From Candidatus Bathyarchaeia archaeon (GTDB lineage: Archaea > Thermoproteota > Bathyarchaeia > JBHIEI01): a stretch of 55,260 bases of DNA. Shown piece by piece: positions 44,338 through 54,806 of the stretch; the first letter of the stretch is position 1; each line of letters opens with the position of its first letter. Under the pieces are notes generated by a model. That model was given only the letters and a program-made list of their open reading frames with translations. It made no database searches and was not told the origin of the DNA. Both the position numbers and the translations under genes were made by a program. The stretch is from contig JBHIEI010000001.1 in assembly GCA_046760555.1 (NCBI GenBank), positions 1-55,260 of the forward strand, given 5' to 3'.

Positions 44338-45273
44338 ATGAAAGCCCTAGTCACCGGGGGAGCGGGATTCATTGGATACCCCGTGGTGAAATCGCTGCTC
44401 GAGAAGGGTTACGAAGTCAAGGTTCTGGATAAGGTTGCGGGCGATTTGGAGAAGGTAGAGGATCCCAGATTGAAGGTAATAATCGGAGGCCTCGAGGATA
44501 CCGATAGGGTTCAACAGGCGGTTAAGGGCGTGGACGTGGTGTATCACTCGGCTTGGGGCTTTGCCCCAAAGGCCAAGGAGGCGTTCAGGACCGATGTGGA
44601 GGGGTATATCAACGTGCTCGACGCCTGCGTGGAGAATGGTGTGAAGCACTTCCTCTTCTTCAGCAGTAGCGTGATCTATGGAGTACCCACATACACACCA
44701 ATAGACGAGGATCATCCCCTCCTTGTCGAAAAATCCAGAGCCCCTCTGCACGCGCTTACAAAGCTCGCTGCTGAGAATCTGTCACATCTCTACTACAAGG
44801 AGCACAACCTACCATTCACGATCTTCAGGTTTTGGTGGGCGTTCAGCGACGAACGAGTACCAGGTGGAACGCTGAGAGGGATCATCGATAGGATACTGAA
44901 AGGCGAGACGATCGAAGTCCCCAAGGGTAACGGGGGCAGCCTGGTGTATACGGGTGACGTGACCAACGCGACCCATCTGGCAACTCTAAACGAAAAGGCC
45001 TTTGGTCAGGTGTTCAACCTGGCGAGCTTCTTCATTACCTGGGAGGAGTTCATCGACCGCCTGATCACCCTGGCGGAGTCGGGATCAAAAATTAAGGTAG
45101 TTCCCCCCGAGAAATGGACCGGTCCCGGTCTGCTGGAGGGGGTCTGGGAGCACAGCATAGCAAAGGCTGAGCGCCTGCTGGGATACAAGCCGCCTGAGGA
45201 GGAGAGGAAAAAACTATTCGGAAGGGTACTGATCCGCAACATAGAGGCCAGAAGGAAGTTACAAGAGTCCTAG
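44338..45273 (+). CDS. NAD-dependent epimerase/dehydratase (extended SDR)
   Basis: 311 aa with VTGGAGFIG. The position expected for YxxxK reads HALTK. Confidence 0.8.
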   Translation: MKALVTGGAGFIGYPVVKSLLEKGYEVKVLDKVAGDLEKVEDPRLKVIIGGLEDTDRVQQAVKGVDVVYHSAWGFAPKAKEAFRTDVEGYINVLDACVENGVKHFLFFSSSVIYGVPTYTPIDEDHPLLVEKSRAPLHALTKLAAENLSHLYYKEHNLPFTIFRFWWAFSDERVPGGTLRGIIDRILKGETIEVPKGNGGSLVYTGDVTNATHLATLNEKAFGQVFNLASFFITWEEFIDRLITLAESGSKIKVVPPEKWTGPGLLEGVWEHSIAKAERLLGYKPPEEERKKLFGRVLIRNIEARRKLQES

Positions 45274-45383
45274 AATCACGTTAGAGAGCCCAGCTTCGAA
45301 TAGTCGATCGTTTCTCGGGGTTTAGCCCCAACTCCTCAGCCTGGTAGCTTTTTACGATGATCGATCGGACTATTTAACAGACG

Positions 45384-46670
45384 ATGAAACCACTGCTCAT
45401 CCAAAAGGGAGGGACCGCGATCGTGAATGGGCCCGCGAGGGGGGAGGTTCTTTCTGGGACCGTTGAGGCCTTCGGAAATCCTCTGACAAGGGGACGCAAG
45501 TTTGTGATCAGGCTAGGAGACTCATTACCGCTCGTGGCGAGGACTGCAGCCAAACTCGCGGTAACTGCGGACGAAAATCGGGTTAGTCTGTTTGCGGATT
45601 CTGCAATTCCGGGCGCCTGGGAGGAATTAGCCAGAGATGTCATGGGCTTAGAAAAACCCTCAATCGTCCTGTTCCTGGGTGATGTTAATACTGGAAAAAC
45701 AGGACTGATCACCTACGTCGCAAACACGGTCTTTCTTCAAGGATGTAAGCTCGCGGTGGTGGACTTGGACGTTGGACAGCATAACATAGGACCGCCAACA
45801 ACCTTGGGAGTTGGATTCTTGCAGAGATCAGTTACTGATATGGCCGAGATCAGTCCCACCTGCCTATGGTTCGTTGGCTCGACATCGCCCTATGGTCACA
45901 CACTTCCCATAATCGTGGGTGCCAAGAGGCTGGTCGACAGAGCCAAACGAATGGGAGCCGAGGTGATTCTGATGGATACCACGGGTTGGGTCCATGGAAG
46001 GGAGGCTCGTGCCTTCAAGATCGAGAAGACATTGGCCATCGAACCAAGCATGATCGTTGGTTTGCAGAGGGAAAATGAGCTCGAGCCGATCCTAAGGGCC
46101 TTTAGGCACACGATAACCTCCGTGAGGAGAATGAAGGTCCCTTCATACGTTGATTCGAGAACGCCAAGCGTGAGGAAAACAAGAAGGGAGGGCTCCTTCT
46201 TCCGCTATTTCTCTGCCGCCCGCCCTTTGGACTTTCCCTTCCGGGACATAGACTTCATCTCCTCGACGTTAGGCAACGGTCACCCTATCTCCAAAGAGGT
46301 CGTAGCCGCGATTGAGGGGATGCTGAACGCGAAGGTGGTTCACTGCGAGGTTACGGGAACGGAATGCTTGATCACAACCTCCGCAGCTGTATCGTTGACC
46401 AACGATCTGATGGAAGCCATCAGTGATTTGATCGGTGTAAGAGATGTGGTGATCATTTCAGAGGGAGATGAGGATGGATTGATTACAGGCTTGTTCGACA
46501 GAAGATCCGAAACTCTTGGCATCGGCGTGGTTCAGCGCATTGACTATAGGAGTGAAAGAATTCGCATACTCACCCCGGCCGATAGGACCAAAGTGGTCGG
46601 GATCCGTTTTGGATCGATGAAAATCAGCAAAGAGGGAATGGAGATCGGGCGCGTTGCCTTCAAGTTGTAG
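45384..46670 (+). CDS. Clp1/Grc3-family polynucleotide 5'-hydroxyl kinase
   Basis: 428 aa. P-loop GDVNTGKTG, VVDLDVGQ and ILMDTTGW, with the Clp1 three-domain layout. Confidence 0.7.
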   Translation: MKPLLIQKGGTAIVNGPARGEVLSGTVEAFGNPLTRGRKFVIRLGDSLPLVARTAAKLAVTADENRVSLFADSAIPGAWEELARDVMGLEKPSIVLFLGDVNTGKTGLITYVANTVFLQGCKLAVVDLDVGQHNIGPPTTLGVGFLQRSVTDMAEISPTCLWFVGSTSPYGHTLPIIVGAKRLVDRAKRMGAEVILMDTTGWVHGREARAFKIEKTLAIEPSMIVGLQRENELEPILRAFRHTITSVRRMKVPSYVDSRTPSVRKTRREGSFFRYFSAARPLDFPFRDIDFISSTLGNGHPISKEVVAAIEGMLNAKVVHCEVTGTECLITTSAAVSLTNDLMEAISDLIGVRDVVIISEGDEDGLITGLFDRRSETLGIGVVQRIDYRSERIRILTPADRTKVVGIRFGSMKISKEGMEIGRVAFKL

Positions 46671-46755
46671 GATGTCACTTTCATAACGGGGTGTTCAACT
46701 GATCGAAGAGCTGCTCGCCTTTTTAACCAGATATGGTTACATCGGCATCCTCTCA

Positions 46756-47295
46756 TTGAGCTTCTTAGGCGCCTTATCCGTCATCTTTCCCATCCCGTAC
46801 GCGATCTTCATTTATCTTATGGGAGCCTCTACCTCCTTCGATCCATTAATCACTGCATTGGCAGCAGGCTTGGGTTCTGCGCTGGGCGAATTATCTGGCT
46901 ACGGGTTAGGATACATCGGGAAAAGGGTCGTCAGCGTAAAATACGAGGGCCGTCTAAGGGCATTCGTGAAATTGTTCGACCGTTATGGTCCCTTGGCGAT
47001 CTTCCTTTTCGCATTAACCCCGTTGCCTGACGACCTTCTTTTCATCCCTCTAGGTCTTCTTCGTTACGACTTATTGAAAACCTTCGTCTCCAGTCTCATC
47101 GGAAAATTCCTCATGAGCCTGGTCCTCGCCTACGGTGGACGATTCTCATTGGGCTTTTTGCGTGAGATCTATGGGACGGGTGTGGGTTGGATCGGAGCCC
47201 TGATCACCGCGTCCGTTCTCCTCATTGTCATCATCGCGATCATGAAGATCGATTGGGAGGGGGTTGTCGAGAGACACCTCGCCAAGGCGATGTAG
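46756..47295 (+). CDS. DedA/VTT (SNARE-associated) family membrane protein
   Basis: 179 aa from the track's TTG. The frame is open from 46687, and the upstream residues LIEELLAFLTRYGYIGILSL look like the true DedA N-terminus, so the start is uncertain. Confidence 0.65.
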   Translation: MSFLGALSVIFPIPYAIFIYLMGASTSFDPLITALAAGLGSALGELSGYGLGYIGKRVVSVKYEGRLRAFVKLFDRYGPLAIFLFALTPLPDDLLFIPLGLLRYDLLKTFVSSLIGKFLMSLVLAYGGRFSLGFLREIYGTGVGWIGALITASVLLIVIIAIMKIDWEGVVERHLAKAM

Positions 47296-47380
47296 TTCAA
47301 GTGAAAATCTCCCGACCGATCCGGTCGCATTGTACTAATGTTTAAGAAAATTGAAGAGGAGTAGAAGAGAAGTGGCGGGT

Positions 47381-47785
47381 ATGTCTAAGGAGCCGGAACT
47401 GGCAAAGGTTATGCATCTGAGCCCCACGTCCAGGAGGGTGAACATCGTCGTGAAAGTCGTCGAAATCGGCGAAGAAAGAGAGGTCACCTTTAGGTCAGAT
47501 GGGTCGAAACACAGAGTCGCGGAGGCTTTGGTGGGAGATGAAACCGGGTCGATTCTCCTGACCCTATGGGATGATATGATCGAAAGGCTCGAGGTCGGCA
47601 ATGTCTACAGGATTGAAAATGGATACGTTTCCGTCTTCCGGGATCAGATGAGGCTTAACATCGGACGATATGGAAGCGCCTCGCCGGTAGGACGCGAGGG
47701 TTTTCCCGAGGTGAACACGAAGAACAATCTATCCGAAAGAACGGTTGGGGGACCATTGTACGGGGGCTACACTAGAAGATACTAG
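47381..47785 (+). CDS. ssb: single-OB-fold ssDNA-binding protein (crenarchaeal SSB type)
   Basis: Start taken at ATG 47381 (MSKEPEL), about 35 nt after a TTTAAGAAAA TATA-like box. VNIVVKVVEIGE...HRVAEALVGDETGSILLTLWDD...YRIENGYVSVFRDQMRLNIG parallels Sulfolobus SSB. Confidence 0.75.
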   Translation: MSKEPELAKVMHLSPTSRRVNIVVKVVEIGEEREVTFRSDGSKHRVAEALVGDETGSILLTLWDDMIERLEVGNVYRIENGYVSVFRDQMRLNIGRYGSASPVGREGFPEVNTKNNLSERTVGGPLYGGYTRRY

Positions 47786-47906
47786 GTCACGGTCCTCAGT
47801 CTATGCAGGCTGGCTGGAAAGTCAGCTTAAATTTCGAATGTATTCTCATCGCGATCCACGCTCCCTAACATTGATCCCCGTGCGACGCGGAAAATCGCCT
47901 CTAGAT

Positions 47907-48773
47907 TCATCGAGGATACTTCTCGTAGAGCTCCCTCCTTCTCGCCTCAAGGAGATCGATGGGTCTTCTCACATACTCGGCCGCTGAGATCACCTCGATA
48001 CCCCTCTCCTCGGCTGCTTCATACACGGGGATAATTCTCGAACGATAATTCAGATCGCGCATGAAATGATGCTCGATTACGAGTTTGCTGACACAGGTAT
48101 TTTCGATGAACCCAACGAGATTCCGATTAGCGAGTTCCAGGCTTCTTTGGGAGTAACGAAACCCGAGCATGTAGGTCATCGGCCCATCTACTAGTAGGGT
48201 CTGCGGATCTCCCTCCGTGATGAAACTGGCCTGTTCAGGGACCGTGGGCCCTTCCACGTCCGATGTGTAGATGAAGCGCTCGCTGCCCTCGGAGATGAGC
48301 ACCTCTATCACATAGCCCAGCCTCGGATTCGTGCCGTGATAGACCGGATTCGAGAATCTAATGGTCGTGTCCCCGACCTTGAAATCCCTTCCATCTGCGA
48401 ACTCGATGCTCTTAGGAATTTTTTCCAACTTAGATAGAAAGTATGCAGCCCTATTCTCCTGACTCCTGTTGATCATTTTAGTTGGGTGCTTGATGTACAC
48501 GTCCTTCCCACGATAGATCTCCGGCTCCTCGGGATTGTGATGGTCGTAGTGATAGTGGGTGACTACGAGGATGTCTGCGCTCTGAGAGTGCCCTTTGATG
48601 GCGTTCCAGCACACTTTCTCCCTTTCCAGCTCCACTGGGTGGGGTGGGAGCCCATACCTTTTTGGTGCCAGGGAAACGCCAGGGTCAACGCATACCCCTA
48701 CAGAGTCCGTTTCCACATAGGTGGCCATTGACCGGACACCGAAACTTTCGTGAGCCAGTGGGACGATCTTCAT
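47907..48773 (-). CDS. metallo-beta-lactamase-fold protein (UPF0282-like)
   Basis: 288 aa. KIVPLAHESFGVRSMATYVETD at the N-terminus and the THYHYDHH motif. Confidence 0.65.
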   Translation of the reverse strand: MKIVPLAHESFGVRSMATYVETDSVGVCVDPGVSLAPKRYGLPPHPVELEREKVCWNAIKGHSQSADILVVTHYHYDHHNPEEPEIYRGKDVYIKHPTKMINRSQENRAAYFLSKLEKIPKSIEFADGRDFKVGDTTIRFSNPVYHGTNPRLGYVIEVLISEGSERFIYTSDVEGPTVPEQASFITEGDPQTLLVDGPMTYMLGFRYSQRSLELANRNLVGFIENTCVSKLVIEHHFMRDLNYRSRIIPVYEAAEERGIEVISAAEYVRRPIDLLEARRRELYEKYPR

Positions 48774-48841
48774 CTACTACCGCACTTTATAAGAGAACTA
48801 AAAAGGTGATGGTACCCCTACGGGGATATACGTCGCCGCGT

Positions 48842-49045
48842 TCACTCCTCAACAGTGATGGCTTCCTCTGGACATTGATTAACACACGCCATACAGAGTA
48901 TACAATCCTCCTCAGCCACGGGAACCGACTTTTGGCTGCCAGGATAGTCGTCGAGATCTCGCATCTCAAAGACCTCAACGGGACAGACACTTACGCATAC
49001 GGCGTTTCCGATGCACTTTTTCCAGTCCACCCTGACTTTCGGCAT
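48842..49045 (-). CDS. fdx: ferredoxin (7-Cys, 3Fe-4S/4Fe-4S type)
   Basis: 67 aa. CIGNAVCVSVCP (three Cys) plus CILCMACVNQCP (four Cys). Confidence 0.8.
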   Translation of the reverse strand: MPKVRVDWKKCIGNAVCVSVCPVEVFEMRDLDDYPGSQKSVPVAEEDCILCMACVNQCPEEAITVEE

Positions 49046-49106
49046 CTGATTTCCCCTGTTTTTGAATAATAAGATGCGTGCTGCTTTAATTTAAGGATTA
49101 ATCAGG

Positions 49107-50381
49107 CTACCAAAAATCCTCCAGTGTAAGGCGACTTTCTCGAGCAGTTTCGGTCCCTTCCTCGAATATCTCGAGTTTGCCGTATTCTCCATCGTACCCC
49201 GGCTCGATTTTGACAAGACCCTCTCGAACCCTGAGTATGGCTTCGGCCACCCTCGGCCCCACAACATCGCCCATCTTCTTAGCGGAAGCTTCCATGAGCA
49301 CACTATATTCGTTACCGAATCTCCCGATTAGGGTGTTGTAGATCCTCCACACCGTCTTATTCGTGAAGGATGAAACCTTTACGGCGTTCGCGATTATCTC
49401 GTGTAGTGGTAGAAGGTGAGTGAAACTTATGGCCCCTTCTGGCTTGAAACCAGGGGGGCGGTCGGCGAGTTCCTCGATCCGTTCCTCCACCCCTTTTGTG
49501 AGCTTCAGATGGCAGACTGGACAAAAGTCTTGGAGGGACATCGCCTTCTGAGGAGGCATCGAGATTCCACAACCCCGATGCCCTGTCCAGTGATACTTTC
49601 CATAGGCAGGATTGACCTCGATGGTGCCCTTGAATCTAGCGGCATCCTTACTTCTAATGGCGTCTACGATCTCCTCGTAGGAGAGTCGCTCTAGCTCCAA
49701 TAGGTTCGCCTCACGTCCCAGCCGCCAAGGCCAAGCGCTGTGACAGTCAGAGTTCGACACCAAAGCGAATCTATCAAGCTCGGAAAGCCTCCAATTCATA
49801 GGAGGATCCGACGAAAGCCCAGTCTCGAGAGCGAAGATGTGCTCGGTCTGGTCCTGGTAGCAGTCCTCTATTCGATCAAATCCGCTGAAGGCACCAAAGA
49901 GGGAGAACCAAGGCGTCCAAACGTGGGCTGGGATTATGACGTTCCTCGCCGATGTTTCCATGATCACCTCGGCTATCTCCGGAGCGGACGCGTTGAAAAC
50001 CGGGCGCCCGTCCGACGATAGATCCCCGAACCCAGCTAGGCGGTCATTTATCTGCTCCCCCGTCTCGATGTTCGGGGTCCAGATCACATGGTGAACTTTC
50101 CTTACTCGGTTCTCATACGTGAATATGGTTGAAACCTCCCCGGTTATCATAAACCTAACCGGAGATTTGAGATCAACTCTGGGCCTATAAATATCTGCGT
50201 CGGGCACCTCCTCTAAGTTCTCTTTGATTTCGGCTAACCATCTGGGATTGGTGAAATCGCCCGTACCAACTAGATTCAAGCCCTTAGCTTCAGCGAACTT
50301 GGTTATCTCGGGAATGGCCATACGAAAGCTTGTAGCCCTGCTATATCTGCCATGGATGTGCAAATCGGCGATTATCCGCAA
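49107..50381 (-). CDS. endoQ: endonuclease Q (PHP-domain, deaminated-base endonuclease)
   Basis: 424 aa with a TTG start. DLHIHGRYSRA, KGLNLVGTGD, NSDCHS..RLGRE, GKYHWTGH, the zinc ribbon CPVCH and KGVEERIEELAD parallel Pyrococcus EndoQ. Confidence 0.75.
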   Translation of the reverse strand: MRIIADLHIHGRYSRATSFRMAIPEITKFAEAKGLNLVGTGDFTNPRWLAEIKENLEEVPDADIYRPRVDLKSPVRFMITGEVSTIFTYENRVRKVHHVIWTPNIETGEQINDRLAGFGDLSSDGRPVFNASAPEIAEVIMETSARNVIIPAHVWTPWFSLFGAFSGFDRIEDCYQDQTEHIFALETGLSSDPPMNWRLSELDRFALVSNSDCHSAWPWRLGREANLLELERLSYEEIVDAIRSKDAARFKGTIEVNPAYGKYHWTGHRGCGISMPPQKAMSLQDFCPVCHLKLTKGVEERIEELADRPPGFKPEGAISFTHLLPLHEIIANAVKVSSFTNKTVWRIYNTLIGRFGNEYSVLMEASAKKMGDVVGPRVAEAILRVREGLVKIEPGYDGEYGKLEIFEEGTETARESRLTLEDFW

Positions 50382-50567
50382 TCTAACAGATTACTTCCGC
50401 CTCCAAATAATTGAGTCTATTCGGGCTCAATTTATGTCGAGGTCGCCCTGAGAATCTCAGTGCAGAATGGTTCTGGCGTAAAATAGGTTCCTCGACGAAT
50501 ACCTCAGTTTGGTCAAGTGGTACTGTCGCTAGACAGCACGCCTTAGGCATACCTGCACAGAAATGAG

Positions 50568-50795
50568 CTACTCTACAGGGAGATGCTCGACGATGGAGAG
50601 GTTCTGAATTGTCTCGTTTTTCACAACAAAACGCAATAATATACGGTCGATTGCATTCTTTTTCGTACTAAAGGTTAGGTGGCATTTTCCGCATTCTATG
50701 TCCGATCCTATCTCGATGACGTACCAGGCAGAATCGATGTAAACCGTCCCACATTTTGGACATCGCGTCGCTGCAGCATCCAACCAAGCTTGCAT
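50568..50795 (-). CDS. small zinc-ribbon protein
   Basis: 75 aa with CPKCG...CGKCH. Confidence 0.45.
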   Translation of the reverse strand: MQAWLDAAATRCPKCGTVYIDSAWYVIEIGSDIECGKCHLTFSTKKNAIDRILLRFVVKNETIQNLSIVEHLPVE

Positions 50796-50804
50796 ATCTT
50801 TCAG

Positions 50805-51719
50805 TTAAGAAAAGGGGACTTCTATCTTTTGCAGATCGTCGACCAAGGATGTATTGGGGAATACCTCCTTAGCTTCCAACAGTAATCTCTGGGGATCCTT
50901 GTATCGTGGGCTGATGTGAAACAACACCAATCGTTTAACCCTGGCGAGCTTAGCAACTTTCGCTGCTTGACTTGCCGTGGAGTGACCGCTCTCCCACGCC
51001 TTTTCGCTTAGCTCGGCGTCCAGGGTGGCGTCGTGGATTAAGACATCGGCGCCTCTCGCCAAACTTTGCACCGATTTGCATGGCCTGGTATCCCCACTGT
51101 ATACGATCTTCCTCCCCGGCTGGGGGGGCCCGAGAACCTGTCTCGGTCTAATAGCCTTATCGCCAAGCATGATCATCTTACCATTTTGGAGATCTCGCCA
51201 CAAGGACCCCCTAGGTATCCCGAGTTTTCTCGCCCTCTCAACGATGAACTTTCCCGGTCGATCTTTCTCGATCAAGGCGTAGGCTAGGGTGGGAATATCT
51301 CCGTGATCCGCCCAGACCCCCTCGACGGTATACTCCTTACCATCTACGATCACCCCCGCCTCCCTAACCTCATGAGTGTATATGGGGAACGTGAGTTTGA
51401 ACGCTACGGTATCCAGAATAGCCCGAACAAATTTCTCAGTACCCGAGGGTCCATGGATGTCGACCCTCCTTTCCCTCCCCAACAGGGACATGGTCTGAAT
51501 GATCCCAGGGAGCCCTAGGATATGGTCCCCGTGCGAGTGGGTGATAAATATCGTGGTTTTCCGGTTGAAACCAACCTTGGCCTCGAACATCCGGGCCTGA
51601 GTCCCCTCGCCGCAATCAAAGAGGATGAGCTCCGCCTTCCTCCTGATGGCTATCGAGGGTAGACTGCGCTTTGGAGTCGGCATGCTACCAGAGGTTCCGA
51701 GGAAGGTGATGGTGAGCAA
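50805..51719 (-). CDS. rnz: ribonuclease Z (tRNA 3' endonuclease)
   Basis: 304 aa with FLGTSGSMP and THSHGDHILGLPG (HxHxDH), plus a C-terminal HIS motif. Confidence 0.9.
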   Translation of the reverse strand: MLTITFLGTSGSMPTPKRSLPSIAIRRKAELILFDCGEGTQARMFEAKVGFNRKTTIFITHSHGDHILGLPGIIQTMSLLGRERRVDIHGPSGTEKFVRAILDTVAFKLTFPIYTHEVREAGVIVDGKEYTVEGVWADHGDIPTLAYALIEKDRPGKFIVERARKLGIPRGSLWRDLQNGKMIMLGDKAIRPRQVLGPPQPGRKIVYSGDTRPCKSVQSLARGADVLIHDATLDAELSEKAWESGHSTASQAAKVAKLARVKRLVLFHISPRYKDPQRLLLEAKEVFPNTSLVDDLQKIEVPFS

Positions 51720-51722
51720 GGC

Positions 51723-52751
51723 CTATCTCCTAAATACACAGATCTCACGTGTGAGCCTTCGGTGTACGTATACCAGGTAGGTCTCGACCAAGTAAAGGCC
51801 CAAACCGACTCCAATTTCGCTCAGCCGCACCTGCTGTGGAGCAGATAAACAGACGAACCTCCTTCTCGGAAGGACTCGGTCGATATTCGATAGGAAATCC
51901 GCGACGAGATCGCCCATAGAGGCTCCGAATGTCTTGGTGGATTTTCTGAATGGGGTATCGGTTGCTACCGCATCGGCGTGAAGAAAGGGCAGCCTCCTGG
52001 CATCGGAGATGGTGACCGATTCGGGGGACATACCATAATGGGCCAAGTTCATCTTACACCCCCTGACCATCCTGGGATCGATATCCGAGCTCACTGTCTT
52101 GCACCCGATCAACTCGCCCTCTATGGAAAGCCCTCCCGTCCCACAAAATGGATCGAGAAGGATTTCATCGGCTCTCGGTCTCGCCAGATTCACCATACAC
52201 CTCGCAAACTTCGGTATCAGGGCGGACGGATGGAAAAACGGACGTTTGCTCGGTCTCCTATCCTCGAAGGTCTTTGCTGGTATGGTGGCCCCCACGAGTC
52301 CAAAAACGAATTTATCCGAAGTTAACAGCCCCAGAAATTGGTGATCGGCTCCCTCCAGTTGGACCCTAAGGTTTGGATGGATCCTCTCGATGAGTCTTCC
52401 CACCAACCTCTCCAGATCCATGGATGAAATTTCGGGAGAACTCCCCAGGATTCTCCTCACGCGCACCTCAAACGTTCCCTTTCTAGGGAGCCTTATTCCC
52501 GTTTCAAGTATCTCTCTAATCTCCTCTATCTTGGCGTTACAGGAGAACAGCTCCTCTCCACACACGTGTGTCATCCCAGCCCTTTTCCCGACGATGGGCA
52601 CCGCTTTCAGATCTGTCGATAGCCTTAACACCTGAGGGAAGCTCATCCTGATGGCGTAATCTATACCCTCAGCTTGGAGGATCGCCTTTACCTCGGCCTC
52701 AGGGAGAGCCGGATGTTCTCCTGACAGGTAGAAAAAGACGTTTTTCGTCAA
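51723..52751 (-). CDS. THUMP-domain tRNA (guanine10-N2)-methyltransferase (Trm11/Trm-G10 family)
   Basis: 342 aa. An N-terminal THUMP-like region, SAM motif LDPFCGTGG, and the catalytic-type motif ATDTPF. Confidence 0.72.
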   Translation of the reverse strand: MTKNVFFYLSGEHPALPEAEVKAILQAEGIDYAIRMSFPQVLRLSTDLKAVPIVGKRAGMTHVCGEELFSCNAKIEEIREILETGIRLPRKGTFEVRVRRILGSSPEISSMDLERLVGRLIERIHPNLRVQLEGADHQFLGLLTSDKFVFGLVGATIPAKTFEDRRPSKRPFFHPSALIPKFARCMVNLARPRADEILLDPFCGTGGLSIEGELIGCKTVSSDIDPRMVRGCKMNLAHYGMSPESVTISDARRLPFLHADAVATDTPFRKSTKTFGASMGDLVADFLSNIDRVLPRRRFVCLSAPQQVRLSEIGVGLGLYLVETYLVYVHRRLTREICVFRR

Positions 52752-53620
52752 CCCTTGATCTCCTCGGCGATGAGTGGTGCCAACGATACGATGCTCACGG
52801 GGCTAGGAACAGAATCCGTTCCAACGATCCCCCTTACCTTCTCTCGCATTATCCTATATAGTGCGTCGCCCACCAGCAGGGGATGAACGCATCCGACGTA
52901 TACGCTCTTCGCCCCCTGCCCATTGAGGATGGCCGTAGCGGATGCGACCGTCCCACCTGTGCTGATGATGTCGTCAAATACGATAGCCCTTCTCCCTTGC
53001 ACATCAAGCTCCCTTTGCTCGAATTGGATTTCGCCAGTCTCTCTATCTCTCTCCTTCACGATCCAGCCGAAACCTCCACCGAGGACCTCACTGGCTTCCC
53101 TTGCCCCTTCAACCGCGCCTTGGTCGGGAGCGAATGCCAGCGCCCCATCGAGCCCCCTACCCTTGAAGTACTTTGCGAGCAAAGGAAAGGCCGATAAATC
53201 CTCAACTTCCATGCTGAACTTCTTGAGACTTCTTTCGTCGTGGGTATTAAACGTGATAAATCTGTCGATGCTGAGGTTGTTCAAAATCCGTATGATCGTA
53301 TCTATGCTAACTGCCTCGCCTCTAAGAAAACGCTTGTCCTGACGGGCGTAGGCCAGATAAGGGACTACGGCCGTCACGCTCTTGGCTCCAATATCCCTCG
53401 CGGCATCGATCAGAAGGAAAAGCTCGAGGAGTCTCGTATTCTGGGAGGGTGCAGTCGTGTGTACTATCACGATGTCTTCCCCCTCCACTTTCCCCAGGAT
53501 CCTGACGTAGACCTCCCCATCGGGAAAGGTCTTCGACTTAACATCTACGAGCGAGGCTCCGGATAGTCTGGCTACTTCGACTGCAAGCTCCTTGGATGTG
53601 GGTCCAGGTATGATTATCAT
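52748..53620 (-). CDS. prs: ribose-phosphate pyrophosphokinase
   Basis: 290 aa with FPDGE, YARQDK and the PRPP loop VFDDIISTGGT. Confidence 0.9.
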   Translation of the reverse strand: MIIIPGPTSKELAVEVARLSGASLVDVKSKTFPDGEVYVRILGKVEGEDIVIVHTTAPSQNTRLLELFLLIDAARDIGAKSVTAVVPYLAYARQDKRFLRGEAVSIDTIIRILNNLSIDRFITFNTHDERSLKKFSMEVEDLSAFPLLAKYFKGRGLDGALAFAPDQGAVEGAREASEVLGGGFGWIVKERDRETGEIQFEQRELDVQGRRAIVFDDIISTGGTVASATAILNGQGAKSVYVGCVHPLLVGDALYRIMREKVRGIVGTDSVPSPVSIVSLAPLIAEEIKG

Positions 53621-53700
53621 CCAAACACAATGACGGCTCCGTTAAACAACGTTTCCCACCTCACTGGTCGCTTTTTCAAGTTGGAGTCGCTTTATTAGAT

Positions 53701-54747
53701 GTGCTTAGGGAAGCCCTCCTAGGTGAAAGTCTTGCCGGGAAGAATGTGCGATGTAGCCTTTGCCCTCTACGGTGCGTGATAAAACCCGGCAAGAAGGGTG
53801 TATGCAAGACACGGGAGAATAGGGACGGGAAGCTCTACACAGTTATCTATGGAGAGGTCGTGTCCATGGCGATTGATCCGATCGAGAAGAAACCACTCTT
53901 TAACTTTTGGCCCGGAAGTCTGGCTTTCTCGATCGCCAATCCTGGTTGCAACATGAAGTGTAGAAACTGCCAGAATTGGTCGATCAGCCAAGTGGCTCCG
54001 GAAGACGCAGCGACGACGTACTACGATCCCGAAGTCATCGTGGAAAAAGCCAAGGAGAGCGGATGCAGGAGCATCGCCTACACGTACACCGAACCCATCA
54101 TCTGGTTCGAGTATGTCCTAGATACGGCAAGGATAGCAAGAAGGGAGGGAATATTCAACATCCTCGTGACGAACGGTTTCATCACCCTCGAGGCCCTGAA
54201 TATATTGGCCCCACTTATCGACGCGGCGAACGTTGATCTCAAATCCTTTAGCGACAGTTTCTACCGCAAAAACTGTGGCGCCATGCTGGAGCCCGTGCTC
54301 GAGGCGACCAAGTTCATGAAGAAGAAAGGGATCTTTTTGGAGATAACCAACCTGATCATACCTGGGTACAATGACAACGAAACCGAGACAAAACAGTTAG
54401 CTCGGTGGATAAAGGGGAACTTGGGTCCCGACACCCCCCTCCACTTCAGTCGATTCTATCCGCACTATAGGATGACACATGTAGCCCCGACCCCAATCAG
54501 AACTCTCACTAGGGCGAGGAGGATTGCCATGGAGGAGGGGATGTACTACGTTTACGTTGGGAATGTTCCTGGACACGAGGCTGAAAATACGTATTGTCAG
54601 AAATGTGGGGAGCCTCTTGTTAGAAGATTTGGATATGAAATCGGGGATTATAAGGTCAAAGAAGATGGCACCTGCCCAATTTGTAAGGCGAAGATCGGCA
54701 TCGTTGGTCGCTACGAGGCGACCGGACGAAAAGCATGGTTTTTGTGA
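53701..54747 (+). CDS. amrS: AmmeMemoRadiSam-system radical SAM enzyme (PFL-activase-like)
   Basis: 348 aa with a GTG start. The N-terminal Cys cluster CSLCPLRC..GVC, the radical-SAM motif GCNMKCRNCQNW, and the C-terminal CQKCG...CPIC. Confidence 0.8.
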   Translation: MLREALLGESLAGKNVRCSLCPLRCVIKPGKKGVCKTRENRDGKLYTVIYGEVVSMAIDPIEKKPLFNFWPGSLAFSIANPGCNMKCRNCQNWSISQVAPEDAATTYYDPEVIVEKAKESGCRSIAYTYTEPIIWFEYVLDTARIARREGIFNILVTNGFITLEALNILAPLIDAANVDLKSFSDSFYRKNCGAMLEPVLEATKFMKKKGIFLEITNLIIPGYNDNETETKQLARWIKGNLGPDTPLHFSRFYPHYRMTHVAPTPIRTLTRARRIAMEEGMYYVYVGNVPGHEAENTYCQKCGEPLVRRFGYEIGDYKVKEDGTCPICKAKIGIVGRYEATGRKAWFL

Positions 54748-54806
54748 TCCATTCTAAATCAGTCCGACAGGACGTTCCCTTTGGCTTAGCTGAGTTGTAA
54801 AGAGAG

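Noticed and set aside
50409-50432. 7-bp inverted repeat AATTGAG-n10-CTCAATT upstream of endoQ
   Set aside because: It is short and AT-rich, so it is expected by chance in a 186-bp spacer. There is no second copy or other supporting evidence for an operator.
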